Below are positions 39,457 to 53,200 of a stretch of 64,000 nt of DNA, piece by piece; the first letter of the stretch is position 1; each line of letters begins with the position of its first letter. The stretch lies in assembly GCA_021613535.1 (NCBI GenBank), contig CP075494.1:10850001-10914000 (forward strand), written 5' to 3'. The position numbers were made by a program, and so were the translations under genes. Origin of the DNA: Adineta vaga (Eukaryota > Animalia > Rotifera). The notes below the pieces were generated by a model. The model ran no database searches. It worked only from the letters and a program-made list of their open reading frames with translations, and had not been told where the DNA came from.

Positions 39457-41037
39457 ATGAATTCAAATTTATTTCCGGTTTATAAACTATATTTGGATGA
39501 TATTGAAGGAATCTTTCTCAATACTATATCATTTAAATATTTGTTTATTTCTACATTTATTACTATTTTCTTAACAATATCCAGTATTCTTATATTAATC
39601 TATCGATCTAAAACGATCTTTTTCTCATGTCTTATACCATTTATTTATGCGATGATATTTTATGATTTCATTCAATTAATATCCGTCATTTTATTAAGAT
39701 ATAATCTATTGATAATACGAGAAAAATATTTCAGTGAATTTTGTCGATGGCCATATTATTTAAAAGCATCATCTGAAGGTGGTCAATGTTTAACTATAAT
39801 AATTATCTATGCAATACGTTGTCAAAAAGTTCGATATTTTCTAAAACATCATGGTCTCCCACAGTCAAGTCGAGTTCATTCTCGAGTATTAACATTCGTT
39901 TGTTTATTAGTCATTGTTTATATTAATAATTGGATAACACATTTGAAAGTCGAAAAAATTCATTCAGTTACATCAAATGAATCTAATTATGAAATTAATA
40001 TTCAAGAATATCCAATGCCTTTATATGGAATAAATGATATAAAATTAAATGATTATTCACAATTCTATACTGATTTGGAAAAATATGCGAGACATTATAA
40101 AAAATTACGACTAACATCGCAAAAACTAGAAAAAATTATTCATACACAAAAAGATGATTCAATTCATGAGATTATTATTAAATTTCCTTATAATAATTTA
40201 TTTAGCCCACAAAATTCAACATTTCAAAATCAAACACGAAGAAAATTGAAAAAATCTCGTCGAAAATTTCGTAAACCTCAATTGAAAAACAATTCCTATC
40301 GTGTACATCGTTGTACCTATGGACAACGAAATTATTTCTTAGCAAATATTATCTCATTAATTCATTCCATCTTCTATTTTGTTATGATTAGTTATTATCT
40401 AACAAGAATCTATCGTTATCAAATTCCCTATATGAATATTGAATATCATCGAACTTTATATGAAAAAGCATTTGCTCTTGGACAAAATAAATGTGCTGAA
40501 CGTCATAAACAATTAATGTTATTAACATATTTACGATATTTTCAATATATGATTGTTTATTGTCATACAATATTTATTCTTATTCGTCTTATTTATATAT
40601 GTACATTAATTATACTTTTATGTTTTCTTTCCACACCATTTAAATGGTCAATAATAAGAATGATCTATTATGTTCTATTTTGTTTTGTCTATTATTCAAT
40701 TCCTATTCGTTTGATCTTCTTATTTTTCTATTTATTTTTCAGTTTATTTTCATCGAATATTAATTCGATATTTTATTATATTTTTCGTACAAAACTACAA
40801 TTTTCATGGAAATTTCGACGACCGACTATGCGCTTTCAATTACATCTTGTTCCATATCGTCCAAGTAATGTAGATCTCAACGAACATTCAAAAACTTCCG
40901 TTGCAATAGATTTAACATCATCAGTTTTCGATGAACATTCAACAAGTTATCCCAATGAATCGATTACTGTCTATGAAGATAATAGTAGTAGTCAAAATGT
41001 AATCATTCCAAATCAATTCGAACAAACCCAACTGTGA
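39457..41037 (+). CDS. Intronless orphan 7TM protein, divergent class A GPCR-like
   Basis: Seven hydrophobic segments; Cys at the top of TM3 (FCRW), AIRCQKV at the DRY position, Asp in TM2 (FYDF), Cys before TM5 (HRCTY), very long second extracellular loop. Confidence 0.7.
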   Translation: MNSNLFPVYKLYLDDIEGIFLNTISFKYLFISTFITIFLTISSILILIYRSKTIFFSCLIPFIYAMIFYDFIQLISVILLRYNLLIIREKYFSEFCRWPYYLKASSEGGQCLTIIIIYAIRCQKVRYFLKHHGLPQSSRVHSRVLTFVCLLVIVYINNWITHLKVEKIHSVTSNESNYEINIQEYPMPLYGINDIKLNDYSQFYTDLEKYARHYKKLRLTSQKLEKIIHTQKDDSIHEIIIKFPYNNLFSPQNSTFQNQTRRKLKKSRRKFRKPQLKNNSYRVHRCTYGQRNYFLANIISLIHSIFYFVMISYYLTRIYRYQIPYMNIEYHRTLYEKAFALGQNKCAERHKQLMLLTYLRYFQYMIVYCHTIFILIRLIYICTLIILLCFLSTPFKWSIIRMIYYVLFCFVYYSIPIRLIFLFFYLFFSLFSSNINSIFYYIFRTKLQFSWKFRRPTMRFQLHLVPYRPSNVDLNEHSKTSVAIDLTSSVFDEHSTSYPNESITVYEDNSSSQNVIIPNQFEQTQL

Positions 41038-42342
41038 TTTGATTTTTAATCATTTGCTTTTCTCTTTCGTTTGTGAAATTCTATAAATAAAGTATTTTCT
41101 CATGTCAATGACGAATCTAAAGTAACTCAGCCCATGTTCTCAACATTCAATCTATCATGAATTTTTACTGTCTACTCTTTCTAATTTAATTTATATAGTT
41201 ACCATTGGTTTGAAACGAAAGTATGTCTAAGAAATTTAGTTTAATATCATTCTTGTGCATGAATATGCTCTTCAAACAGATCTTCATTCTTTTGATTGAT
41301 GTATTTTATGATTAAACGACATGATTAAAATAGCATTTAGACTAAAAGAGTGACGTTAGTTGATATAAATGAGAAATGCACTCGCGCTAATTATAGTCAA
41401 AATAAAACAGAGAAAATGAAAAACGGAAATTCTTTTATCTGATATTGATAAAAACTAAGTACTAATGCTTCTCTGTTTCAAAAGCGGCATTAAACCTGAC
41501 GAGAGCATCGATTGTGAGTTCTATTTCATTTAATCATATCGGATACAATTTCGAGAGATGACGACTAACCACTAAATTAGAGTGAGAATATAACGTGTTC
41601 TGTATTGAATCAGAATTACAACACTAGCATAATGACGTCAAAACGACCTGATAAGAACTTAAATAATTAAATATCATAATTTTCATTCCTTGCGTTTTCA
41701 GTTATTTTTAATCGTTTCGTCGTAACATCTAAAATTTTATTTTGTTTTTAAGTCAAAAATTGATGTTGATATTTCAAATGCAGTTTTCAGTATGCGCCGT
41801 TCCAATACGACCGTATGTGGAAAGAAAAGAAAACTATCTACAGCTTCAGTTTACTGAGCTGATACACAGCGATGTTGTTCTCCTTGAATTACCGTATTTC
41901 TTCATGTACGATCAGGGACATATAGGACAATGTTGTTTCGACTGGAACAGATTGATCAGTATTTAATATAATTGTTCGTGGAAACTATCATTTTCATTGA
42001 AGTATCCATATCTTTGATTATCTAAAAAATTAGTGGGAAAATAGTAGGGTATGGATTTGATTAAAGATGTGTTACCCTCAAACACATATATGTATTTTCT
42101 CATGTAATCTTCGAAGTTAATATCAATTTGTAATCACATGTATATATTTACATCAATAACAAAATATTTAATCACTCTTCAAACAATACATTTACAAAAA
42201 TATGAAGACAAAAAAAAATAAATATTCAAGTGTTTAAGTGTTTTTTTTTATTCAAATAGCTTCATGGATGTTAATGAAAATAAAATAGATGTCATTGAAA
42301 TGAAATTATAAGCACAAAATATAAAAGTTGTAAATCATTGTT

Positions 42343-45300
42343 CTATTTAACAGTTGTCGAAACTTTTCGTTGCTTTTTCATGACATTTGCTTGTGATGTG
42401 GGAACAACAATCGATTTTGATTGAGAAGGATTTCGACCTTAAAGAATAGAATTTTATTTTTACAAAATTTTAATTATAACAAAGATTCAGTACTTTTATT
42501 TGGTATTTTGAGACGGCGAGTATTTTTTATACAACCATCTACACCCATTAGATGATCACGCCAATATTTTTCACCTTCACGAACATTCATATGACATAAT
42601 GGACAACGATTTGTATTGGATTTTGCTTCGTAACATTCTTTTAATTTAATATGATTATCAAAATCATTTCCAATTGCTTCAGTACATCGAGGACATTGTT
42701 GATATTTGCCTTTCTTTGCACATTCATGTAATAAATGTTCAATATAAATTGCAATTTCTACTACCTTTAACAATCGAGAAGATTTCAAGTAGAAGAAAAA
42801 CAAAGGTTATAAAAGAATACAAACAAACCTGATTGCATTCTTGACATCGTCGTAACATTGGACAAGTTGCCCAATAATGAGTTTCAAGTCCATTACTAAT
42901 AAAATCTTCGCTCTTCTCACCACAAAATATACATGTACTAAAATATTCAAATACATTCAATAATTCATTATCGATTCGACTCATCATTATAATCTTACTT
43001 TTCAGGAGTAAATTCAGATTCATCGGCAACACTAGCTGTTGGGGTTTTTCCTTCAAATCGTGTTGGTGTTCGAGATTTACTAATTGAACCTTTTGGTTCA
43101 AGCTAAAAATCAACAATCTTGATAAGACAAAAAATGTATGAAAGAAAGACGGATATTTACTGTTTTTAATTGTTCTCGAGCAGTATGCTGTTGTTTTGAT
43201 GTATCACGTTTTGGTATAACATGTGCATCACTTGCTCTTTTTACTCGATCTAATGGAATGTTGACTGGTGTCTAAATAAAATAAAACATTTTTTTTTATA
43301 GATAAAAAATAATTGTTTAAAATAGAAATGAAATACATTTTCAACTTGTGGATCCATTCGATCGAACGCATCGAACATATCACGATATTTTTTCATTCGA
43401 CGCGTTTGATCATTATTAGGTGGTAGATAACGTTTGACAACTGCTCCATGAGTCTAAATAAACAAAAATTGGTATTGAACTAAATTTTTCTTTATTTCTC
43501 ACTTTGTATAAGCTCAGTAATAATTTAATAGCCAATTCTCGTACTTCGCCGGCTAAAAAAATAAACAAAAGTAACATATATATATATTGGTCTTTCAATA
43601 ACATTTCTTACCATTATGTTCCAATGCTTGTGCACAAAATTTGCCAACATTATCGATATTTAAGCCATGATCACCTTTTTGCACATCTAATACTTTCATT
43701 AGTTCTTCAACAAGTTCACATCGACTAATTGCTAATCTTGGTGCACATGTTTTATGAAATGGATAAACGCAATGATGTGGAATGACTTGTAAGGGTTTCA
43801 CTTCTGGATACGTAGCTGCTTCAATAATTGTTTCTTGTGCTCGTAATCTTAATCGAGCATTGGAATCTCCTGTACGTTGTAGAAGAACGGGTAATACACG
43901 TTCTAAACTTGCAACAATATCTGAACGTTGAATGGAATGCCGTCGTACATAATCATTCATAAGTAAATGAAAAAGTTTCAATGATTGAGAGAAAATCGAC
44001 AAAACATCAACACGAAACATTCGTGCTACTACAAAACTACCAGCACGTAAATATGCACGAGCATCTTCTTGATCACCAGAAAATGTATCTAATATTTGAT
44101 AGATTTCTTCTAAAGCTTCTTCACGTTCAACATGATTTCGATGATATAATTTACTAACCTACGAAAGCACAGAGATGAAGTATATTTGAATAGAAAGTTT
44201 TCAGAATCAGTTACCAATTGTTTATCAAAAACAACCATCATTTGATTAGCTTCAATCATCTCTGCTTGATTCAATTCAGCAGTTGCATCATCAACTGGTA
44301 CTGTACTCATGACTCTTGATGATGGCATATCTGTATCATCCATTATTTTCTTTCCGACATCATGATTAGCCATCGATGAACCAGGTAAATGTCCTCCATC
44401 CGAACGAAGACGATTTCGTAGTGTTGGAATAATCTTATCTTCGTAAGGTGTTGCTGGTTTTTGATAGTCGGGTATGGGAGGATCATTTCGATTAATCATT
44501 ACACTTCCTCTTTTTACTGAACTACTAATCGGTGGCAGAGGAGAATTATAGCCACCTATACTGACGGCAATACTTGTTCGCTTGGCTGTACTAAGAATGG
44601 GTGGTAATGGCGATGCTACAGGTTCCTGAACAATTGATTGTGTAGTAAGGGAAACAGTTGATTGAGCGGAACGACGTGGACGAAGTGAATTTTGCGAATG
44701 TCCTAGGAAAAAAGTATTTATAACAGATACGATTCGATTAAAATCAATAATTACCATGATTCTGTTGTCTTACTGGACGTGGCGGCTAGAAATAAAAGTT
44801 TAAAAATTCATGAGTAAATAGTTATAAAGCACACAAATATTCATTTGTTTCTCAAACGTGAATCAAAATAAATAAACTCATGCAAATAAGCTTTGCTGAT
44901 TAACGAAAAATAAATTATGATTATTGTTGCATATGAAAAAGAAAGTGAGTGCATATGATCAATCAATCATGCAAAAAAATGATCAAATTACTACGTTGCA
45001 TATATATACCTCCTCTTCTTCATTATCGTCATCATCATTATTATCGTCATCATTATCATTATCATGTTCGTTTTGTTCATTTTCTTCTTGTTGTAGATTA
45101 TTAGTATTTTCCTGTAAACGTTTCAAAAAGTCTGTTCCTTCACCGTTTTCCTATGAGATAGATTGGATTTTTATTTCGAAATAGGATTCATTTTATGAAA
45201 AAAGAAATAATGAACTTCATTTTCATGTTACTTACAATAACAATATCAAGTAAATTGAGTGCTTGAAGTTGTTTATATGTTTCTGTTCGAACAACATCCA

Positions 45301-46929
45301 TTTTGTCTTTTCTTGCTTGTGCTGTTTCATAATCTTCTCTCTAAAATCGAATAAAATATCTATCAATAACACAACTAAAATTCTAAATTGATTTTCTTTC
45401 AAACAGTCAATATCTAATGAGTAACTGTTTTGTTTTCACACCCCTAGCGACATCAGATAGCAGACAATCCTTCGTCAAAATCTGATTATTCTTTGCTTAA
45501 TTAAAGTTCATTGTATTTTAATTTATTCTAGCGTAACAAGTATTGTGTCATCAATGTTTGTAACATGATAAAGCTATAATAATAGAATCTATATGAGAGT
45601 TTTTTTTAAACCAATCTCATGTTTGAGTAGTGTTATTTTTCTTTGCTTTGTAACCTGAATAAATATTGTTGTAAGGACGATTAGTAGGTTTCAGGCGAAA
45701 GTAAAATTAATGTCTATTTTTAGGTTTGATGACATGTGATCTTTAATTTGATTAATCCGTCTTTCTTTTTTTAAATATTATAATCAGTGAAGATATTTAT
45801 AACAGATATTAATTCTCTATACACATACTTCAATCGCTTGTCGTTTTTCTACTTCATATCGAGCAAGTCGTTCACCAACCTGATTCGAAGAGTATAGAAT
45901 AAATAAAAATTATGTATTTAAAACTAATTGTTCTACTTTGATAAGTTCTTGTATTGCTTGTTTAAATTTTCTAGCTCGATCAAATTTTTCATCTAATTTA
46001 TACAATTAACGTCATAAAAGAATAGAATGAAATCTTACTCCTTACCTTGAACATATTCTTGTTTTTTTCTATCTAAATTTCGAATAATCACAGCTATTTC
46101 TGGATCTTGAAACATAGCAAAAGCCAGATCATCAACAATTGATATTTGTTCCGATCTATTACAATCGTAAACTTAATCAATTGAGCAATTAAAATAACTT
46201 ACCTATTTGCTGCTGAATCAACTTGATTATCAAAATTATTACGAGACTAAAATAAAAGAATTCGCTTTTCTTCTGCATTGTATTCAAATCTTTACGTACT
46301 TTTTCCATATCATCACCGAGTAAATTGATTGCTACAAGACTAACCTGATGAACAAAGTTCTTAAAAATTAAATTTGATTATCAAAAGGTATTTTACGTAC
46401 TTGATTGTGCAGATTGTATCGATTCGAATGATTATTATGTATCACTAATTTTAAAAACCATCCATCAGTATCCATATGAATTGATTTTAATTCGCGAGCC
46501 TTGAAATCAGTTCGTTCATTAGTTGATAATTCAATAAAACTGTAACGAATTTAGTTAAATTGTGTTTAGTTAAGAAAATTGTCTTACCCTAAATTTGTAT
46601 AACGAGCATTTTTATATGTTACTTCTTCGTCTGTTAAACAATCGCCAATATGAAATTCGATTTTTGATGCTAAAATATATTGAATAGGAATACAAAATAA
46701 AACGAAGATGAAAGAAATAATTACCGATTAGATATTGATGAGAAAGTAATTGAAGTCGTTTCAATCGTACATAGTTCTCAAATTGAAAAACAAGTTCTTG
46801 TGGATATGAACATGATCGACTACTTTGCCATCCATTTACAAATGGTTCGTGATGATTTAATTCACTTGCTGGATGTAGTTCATCAGAACTTGTGGAATAC
46901 ACACATTGAAAGGATATTTTTTTTGGCAT
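42343..46929 (-). CDS. CEP104: Centrosomal/ciliary tip protein CEP104
   Basis: MPKKISF..GWQSSRSCSYPQELV..LQLLSHQYLI (jelly-roll), TDFKARELKSIH, DDLAFAMFQDPEIA, TOG domain (LLQRTGDSNARLR), C2HC fingers (CIFCGE..HYWATCPML..C..C; CPRCTEAI; RCPLCH..WRDHL..C). Confidence 0.93.
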
Positions 46930-47046
46930 TATTTTGATTTTCCTAACATAGTCATTAACAAACAAACAGAAGAGAAATTTGTCTATCCTCTCGACATTAA
47001 TCAAATTTAATCAAATCGTTTTGCTTAGTTCTATCCTCTATAGTTT

Positions 47047-47060
47047 TCTGTCAAGGTAAC
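47047..47060. promoter_or_regulatory. Candidate RFX X-box in the CEP104/PRKDC shared promoter
   Basis: TCTGTCAAGGTAAC (reverse GTTACCTTGACAGA): one perfect X-box half-site and one partial, ~120 bp upstream of a ciliary gene. Confidence 0.4.
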
Positions 47061-47209
47061 TATCAAAGAGAAAGAGGTTGTCGACTTTATTCTTATTCGT
47101 TCTTTTCTGTTATTGCACAAGCGACCAATAATAACATATTGTCAAATAAAAGTGGTTTTCTAAGCATAGCATAAATAGAGAATGTTTTTTCGTTAAATGA
47201 GAAAAAATC

Positions 47210-50200
47210 ATGTCTGAAAATTCATCTGCTTCGAATTTTGATAATTATATTGCTGAATTACATGAGAATGTTGATCGTCTGCGTGAAATCAATGATATTG
47301 ATGGGCAGTCATCAACGATTGTTGGTGATTTAGCACAAGCCTATTCTGAACATCCATCACCAATGCAAACAGGTGATGAATACGATTCGAATAAAAGAAT
47401 ATCTTCATTCACTATCTATGTTTTTTTAAGCTATGTGTCTATCAGCTTTGTTTTGTGGTCAAAAAAATATTCTAACATATCTTCGACGTGCTAGTTCAAA
47501 AGCTGAATTAAAAAAGACTAAAGTAGAAATTCTTCAATTTTTAAAATTCTTTGTTGAAACAGCTGCAACGAAAATTTTACCACATGCAGTTGAATTAAAA
47601 TCTGTTCTACTGACGATTTTCAATGTTGATAATGCATCTGATGTACGAGCATCGATATTTCCAGTTCTATCACAAGTGAGAATACAATAGTGTAATCATC
47701 TATATGTGTATAATAAGATATGATTTAGCTAATGGAATTGAGTGCGGGATCGACAGATATGCAAAGCGAAATTGACAAAATGGCAACGACATTTCTAGAT
47801 CAAATTGGTCTACAAAGTTCGAAAACGACAGCAACGAGTAGATTTATTCTATAATGGAAATGAAATAAATACGTGTCTTCTTTTATCTATTTAGTTAAAG
47901 GATTGTCGTTGGCATTTCTTGGTTTATTATGTAAATATTTTCCGGAACATATGCGAAAATATGCAGATCCACTTTTACTAGGACAATATTTGAAATATTT
48001 ACATGAACAAGTAAAATTTAAGATTTGTGTGACCAATGATTTAGAAATTGACGATTTTCGTACTCATTTAGTTAGTTAAAGATGCTGTCAAATTTGAAAT
48101 GTTAATTGCTGCGGGTGCAATTGAAGGCCTTATAAATTATCTAGTTAACTTTACTCCATCATCTGTATCTAGTAAATATATATATACATTCTAAATGAAA
48201 AGCAGCCAACATGTATTTGATTATAGCGCATCCTTTGCCACCAACATCCGTCGTTCGATATAAAAGCAAAGAAGAAGAAAAACGTTGGAATGAAGAACGA
48301 ATTCGATGTGAATCAGATTTAAAACGTATTTATATATATGGAACACGTGCAATACAAACACAAGATCAAACTAATTTAAATCGTTATGCATTAGTTAAAG
48401 GTACATATGAAGATTGTATTCCTATTTAGCAATAAATATAATTTTTCTCTTCTAGCTGGTCTCGAATTATTTGCTCAACATTCCACTTTATTTACTGAAT
48501 ATCTCTATGAAGATTATCCAGAAATACTTCGTTGTATCCGTGCATGGAATGCTCATGATAATTATGATGTAAAGAAAATAGCACAACGTGCTTATGATAA
48601 TTTTCTACTCGGAGTAGGATATTGATGAAATGATTTCGTTTTTTGCTATCTTTTGTTTTTGATAATTTTAGGTTGCAAATGCTTTGAAAGAAACAAATGT
48701 TAAAACACCAGAAGAACGTCGTCGAGCTGCTCAAGTTTTTCAATATTTTATCAAAGAATTTCGTGATAAAATTGATACACCTGAATTAGAAATTCGAGAT
48801 TTAGCTATGGGAATACGTGGTTATGGTATTTTTGCTAATGTAAGCGTTTTGTTTTTGAACAATCCATTAGAAATTCGTAATCTCGAAATTTACTTCATAG
48901 GCTTGTAAATTGTACGGTACAGAAGAAGATGTGAAATTTATGTTCGTTGGTCTTGTTCAACGTTGTGAACAAATAGCAATGCCCACAGTCACTCTATCTC
49001 AAGCGATGGATATATTTGATGAACGTTTTTACGGTTTACCAAATTTAATCGATGCACTTTCAGCAATCATCGTCGAAATGACTACTGTAAGATTGAGAAT
49101 GAGTACATTTTAATTCAATTTTATCTTGATTGATTAGATTGGTGAAGAATTTCTTGGTCCATTGGAACGTTTGACAGTTATGACAATTGATTATTATCCG
49201 CGTTATCAACCAAAACCACAAGCAACGACATGTTCATCTGTAATTAAAATGATTCTAGCTTTACAAACAAAACCAAGTTCATATAAACCATTTCTTTCAC
49301 GCATCGGTAATTACAAATTGTCTTGAATCTAAGACATCAACTTTCTTCTTTGATCATAGTTACTCAAGCACTGATTCGTTGCTGTTCACATCCATTGAAA
49401 TCCACTGTTGAGCAACAATTGGAAACTTATGAACCTGATCCGTCCGATGATAATGTCAAATCTCTTCTATCAATTGGAAAAACAATTACATATGAAAATT
49501 ATCTTCCATTATGGAAATCAATATTAAGTGTAACAACATTGAAAGTAAATTGAGAAATATTTTGTTCCTATTTTCTTTCTGACTTTCTTTCTTTGAAGGA
49601 ATTTGATACAAGTACATATCCAATCTTTGATCGACAGAATATGTTAGTGTCTTTATATGATGAAATTATTGAATCAATTTTACATATTATTGATCGATTG
49701 GATTTAAGTGTTGAAAAAGAAACAAAAGAGGTAGTGACACAAATATGATTTATTTGTTTTATTGAAATGAAAATTTAGGACGAGAATAGTGATGGAGTAA
49801 CGACAACAGATCCTGTATTTGGTAAACGGCCAGTAAAACCAAAAGATTTTCAAATCTTTTATAATCTCGTCGATTTTTGTCAGTAAGTATGCAATGCATA
49901 GAAATATATAGTACGATCTAATGATTGAAATCAATTAGAGACTTATTACCTGATCAATCGCCACAATTATTTGTCAAATGGATATTTCGATTTTTATACG
50001 ATATTGTCGCTACTTCAACAAAGTTTGTTTCTAATGTATAAATTAACTTTCATCTATCTACTGCATGTTTTCATTTAGATATCCATTAGTCAGTGGAGTC
50101 TATCGATTTGCTACATTTGTTATGAATATTTGTCTAAAACTTGATTATTTCAAAGTAAAACTTTCATAGAATTGAGAGCATTGATCAAATTCAACTTTCG

Positions 50201-53200
50201 AAATATTTTCTTAGTCAAAAATATCGATCACTCGAACCCATGGAGATATGGAAATGATGGAAGTCGATACTACGGATAATGAACAAATTACAGCTGTTTG
50301 TGCACTTGTACGACGATTTGCTCATGAAGTTCTTTCTCGACAGAAACAATATCGTGATGATTTATTGATTTCATGTCTACAATTTATCATTTCCTTACCA
50401 GCAGAATGTATCGATTATGATTTTGCTGATTATGTACCAGCAATTCAAGTAAAACTTCGTGTTTTTTCGTCATAGTCAAACGAATTGAATATCTTGTAAT
50501 ATTTTAGTTAGCGTTACATCTTGGTTTAACTTATTTACCATTAGCTGAACAGACTATTCATAGTCTAGAACGATGGTCACAATCAACATCATTAAATTTA
50601 CCCGATTTTTATAATCAAATATTACCATATCTAGATGATTACCTTCGATTATCTCAAGATCAAGGTGATGACGTCAATGTTCGAGCAGTTGTTTCATCAT
50701 TACAAGAAAAAACTCGATTTAAATCAAGAGGTAAACGCGTTCTACCAACACGAATGCTAAAGAAAACTAAACAGATTAAACATGTACGTTAAAAACAAGA
50801 AAAGAATTTAATTTATCAATTTTCTTTCTGTTTTCCTGTAGCTTTTTGATGATAGTGATATTCGTCGTGTACAATTTCGTATTTTAACATATCTTGGTTC
50901 ATTAGGCAATCGTATTAATTATCATTTTATTGATGATACAACAAATTATTTAATTAAAGAAGCTGTGGCATGGGATAATGAAAATCATATTACATTTAAT
51001 GTTCCATTCGATGATTTAAAACCAACCATTCATCTTGGTAAGGAAATCATCTTTTTAATCTTTACTTTTTTGTTCAAAATCAATGAATTTCATTTAGATA
51101 TTTTTCTCCCTCGAATTGTCGATTTAGCATTGCATAGTTCTGATCGTCAAACAAAGATTACTGCCTGTGAATTACTTCAATCAATAATGCTTTATATGAT
51201 TGGAAAAAGTGCCACAAATCGAAGTACTGCTGCAGTATGTATTCTCATATCTAAGTAGATTTTCTATTATTGTTGTTTTCAATGTAATTCTAGGCTACAT
51301 ATGAAAAATTTTATGAACATGTATTTCCTGCTGTTCTTGAATTATCCTGTGATTCTGATACAGTAATATCATTTGAGTGGATATTTTCTTTTGAAGATTG
51401 TCTTCATCTAATTTTTAGTTTACTAAAACTTTATTCACAACTTTTATGATTCAAATGATTCATTGGTTTACGAAAAACCATAATTATGAAAATCCAGAAA
51501 CGATGTCAATGCTTGATACATTTATAGTATGTAAAACTTTGTCAAAATTTTAATAAATCAAAAGATTATGTTTGATTAAAATAGAATGGAATGATCGCGG
51601 GACGTAATGCATCAATTCGGGATTTTAGTGGTATTTGTTTGAAAGAATTTCTACAATGGACAGTGAAACATGCTGGTGGATATGATAAATCTGCATATTT
51701 GAAAAATGCTACATCAATTCTCAAACGTATTCTAAGTTTTGCTTTACATCCGAATAGTTTCAAGCGACTTGGATCAACATTAGCATGGAATTCAATCTAT
51801 ACACTTTATCGGTATGAAATATCAGCAAATCATCGTGAAGATAAAAAACATCTTTTTTTTCTCTTCTAGAGAATCGGAAACATTAGTTGATGTGTATACT
51901 CTTCAATTACTTTATGTTTTCGTGGAAAGTTTAGCTATTGCTCAAGGAGATGATCCATCACTTGGTAATTTCAATTCTGATGTTAAATCATACGTTAAAT
52001 ATAAATTTATGTTAGGTACACAACAACAAGCAATAGGTGCTCTCTCTCATATAGAACGAATAATCAAAGAAAAATCACAATTATTCATCAAAGAAACACC
52101 GAAACGACATCGTCCACCGTATGTTATTTATTGGTCGATTTTAAATTAGTTTGTCATCGTCATTATATTTCTTACTAGATCTTGGACTGAAGCAACACTT
52201 GATGTTACTATTCGATGGTTACTTCGACAATGTGGACGAATTGAAACAGAATCAAGAAGAAAATGTATTGAACTTGTTTGTACATTTATTCCACTTCTAC
52301 CTGGTAAGATTTCATCTAATTGTTATAGAGAAAGAATCTGTGTTTCTATTTGAAATCAAACAGGAATTCGATCTATTCGAGAATATTTTGACTTGAAAGT
52401 CAAAACAGATGGTAACATCTATTTTATAGAAAGGTAAAGTACATTGATGAAATAAATTTGTTGTATCAATTCATATGGTTTTTTTTCCATAGATTTGAAG
52501 GAACAACTGGTACAGAGAAGAAAACAAGATTCAAAGCAAGTTTAGCAAATTCAGCATGTTTAAATGATATGAGTGAACAATTTTCACTTCCAATCGTTTA
52601 TCAATGGCTTGATACAGTTATCGCTTCATTAGATTGTTATACATGGGTATTTTCACAAGGATTTCTTAATCCATCACTTTTCCAAAGTAAATTGAATTAG
52701 TACAGAATCTCAAATAAATCATATTATTTTCTTATTTTAGATGACAATCAACGAAGTCGTTTGATAGAATCGTTAACTTATTTTATCTCGAAAATCTCGA
52801 TGTGTACTTTACATGATATTATTACATATTTTCCATCATCTAATCAATCATATGTATTTACACCAAGTGACGTTCATCAATTTGATACGTAAGAGTGACA
52901 TCAATTTATTTATTCTTCCTTGAATAGTATTTATATCTTTATAGTGCAAAATGTACAGTAATCGTTCGTTTACTTAATTTTATTACGGCATTATGGACAA
53001 AATATCCACAAGATACAAAACGTGCAATTGATAGTTCATTTTATAGTCAAGATTTAACAAAATTAATATTAACTTGTGTATTCAATCCAACACAATTAGG
53101 ATTCGATATCAATAATGAGGAAATCAATCGGAAATTACCTGAACGAGTTGGTGTTTTTCTTCTTATTGAAATTATTCAAAGAATATCGAATTTATTTGTT

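Noticed and set aside
41494-41530. CTGACGAG resembling a hammerhead ribozyme core
   Set aside because: No stem II followed by GAAA and no closing stems.
41742-42010. GC-richer patch with short reading frames on both strands (possible pseudogene fragment)
   Set aside because: Interrupted by stops, with no recognisable motif or splice structure.
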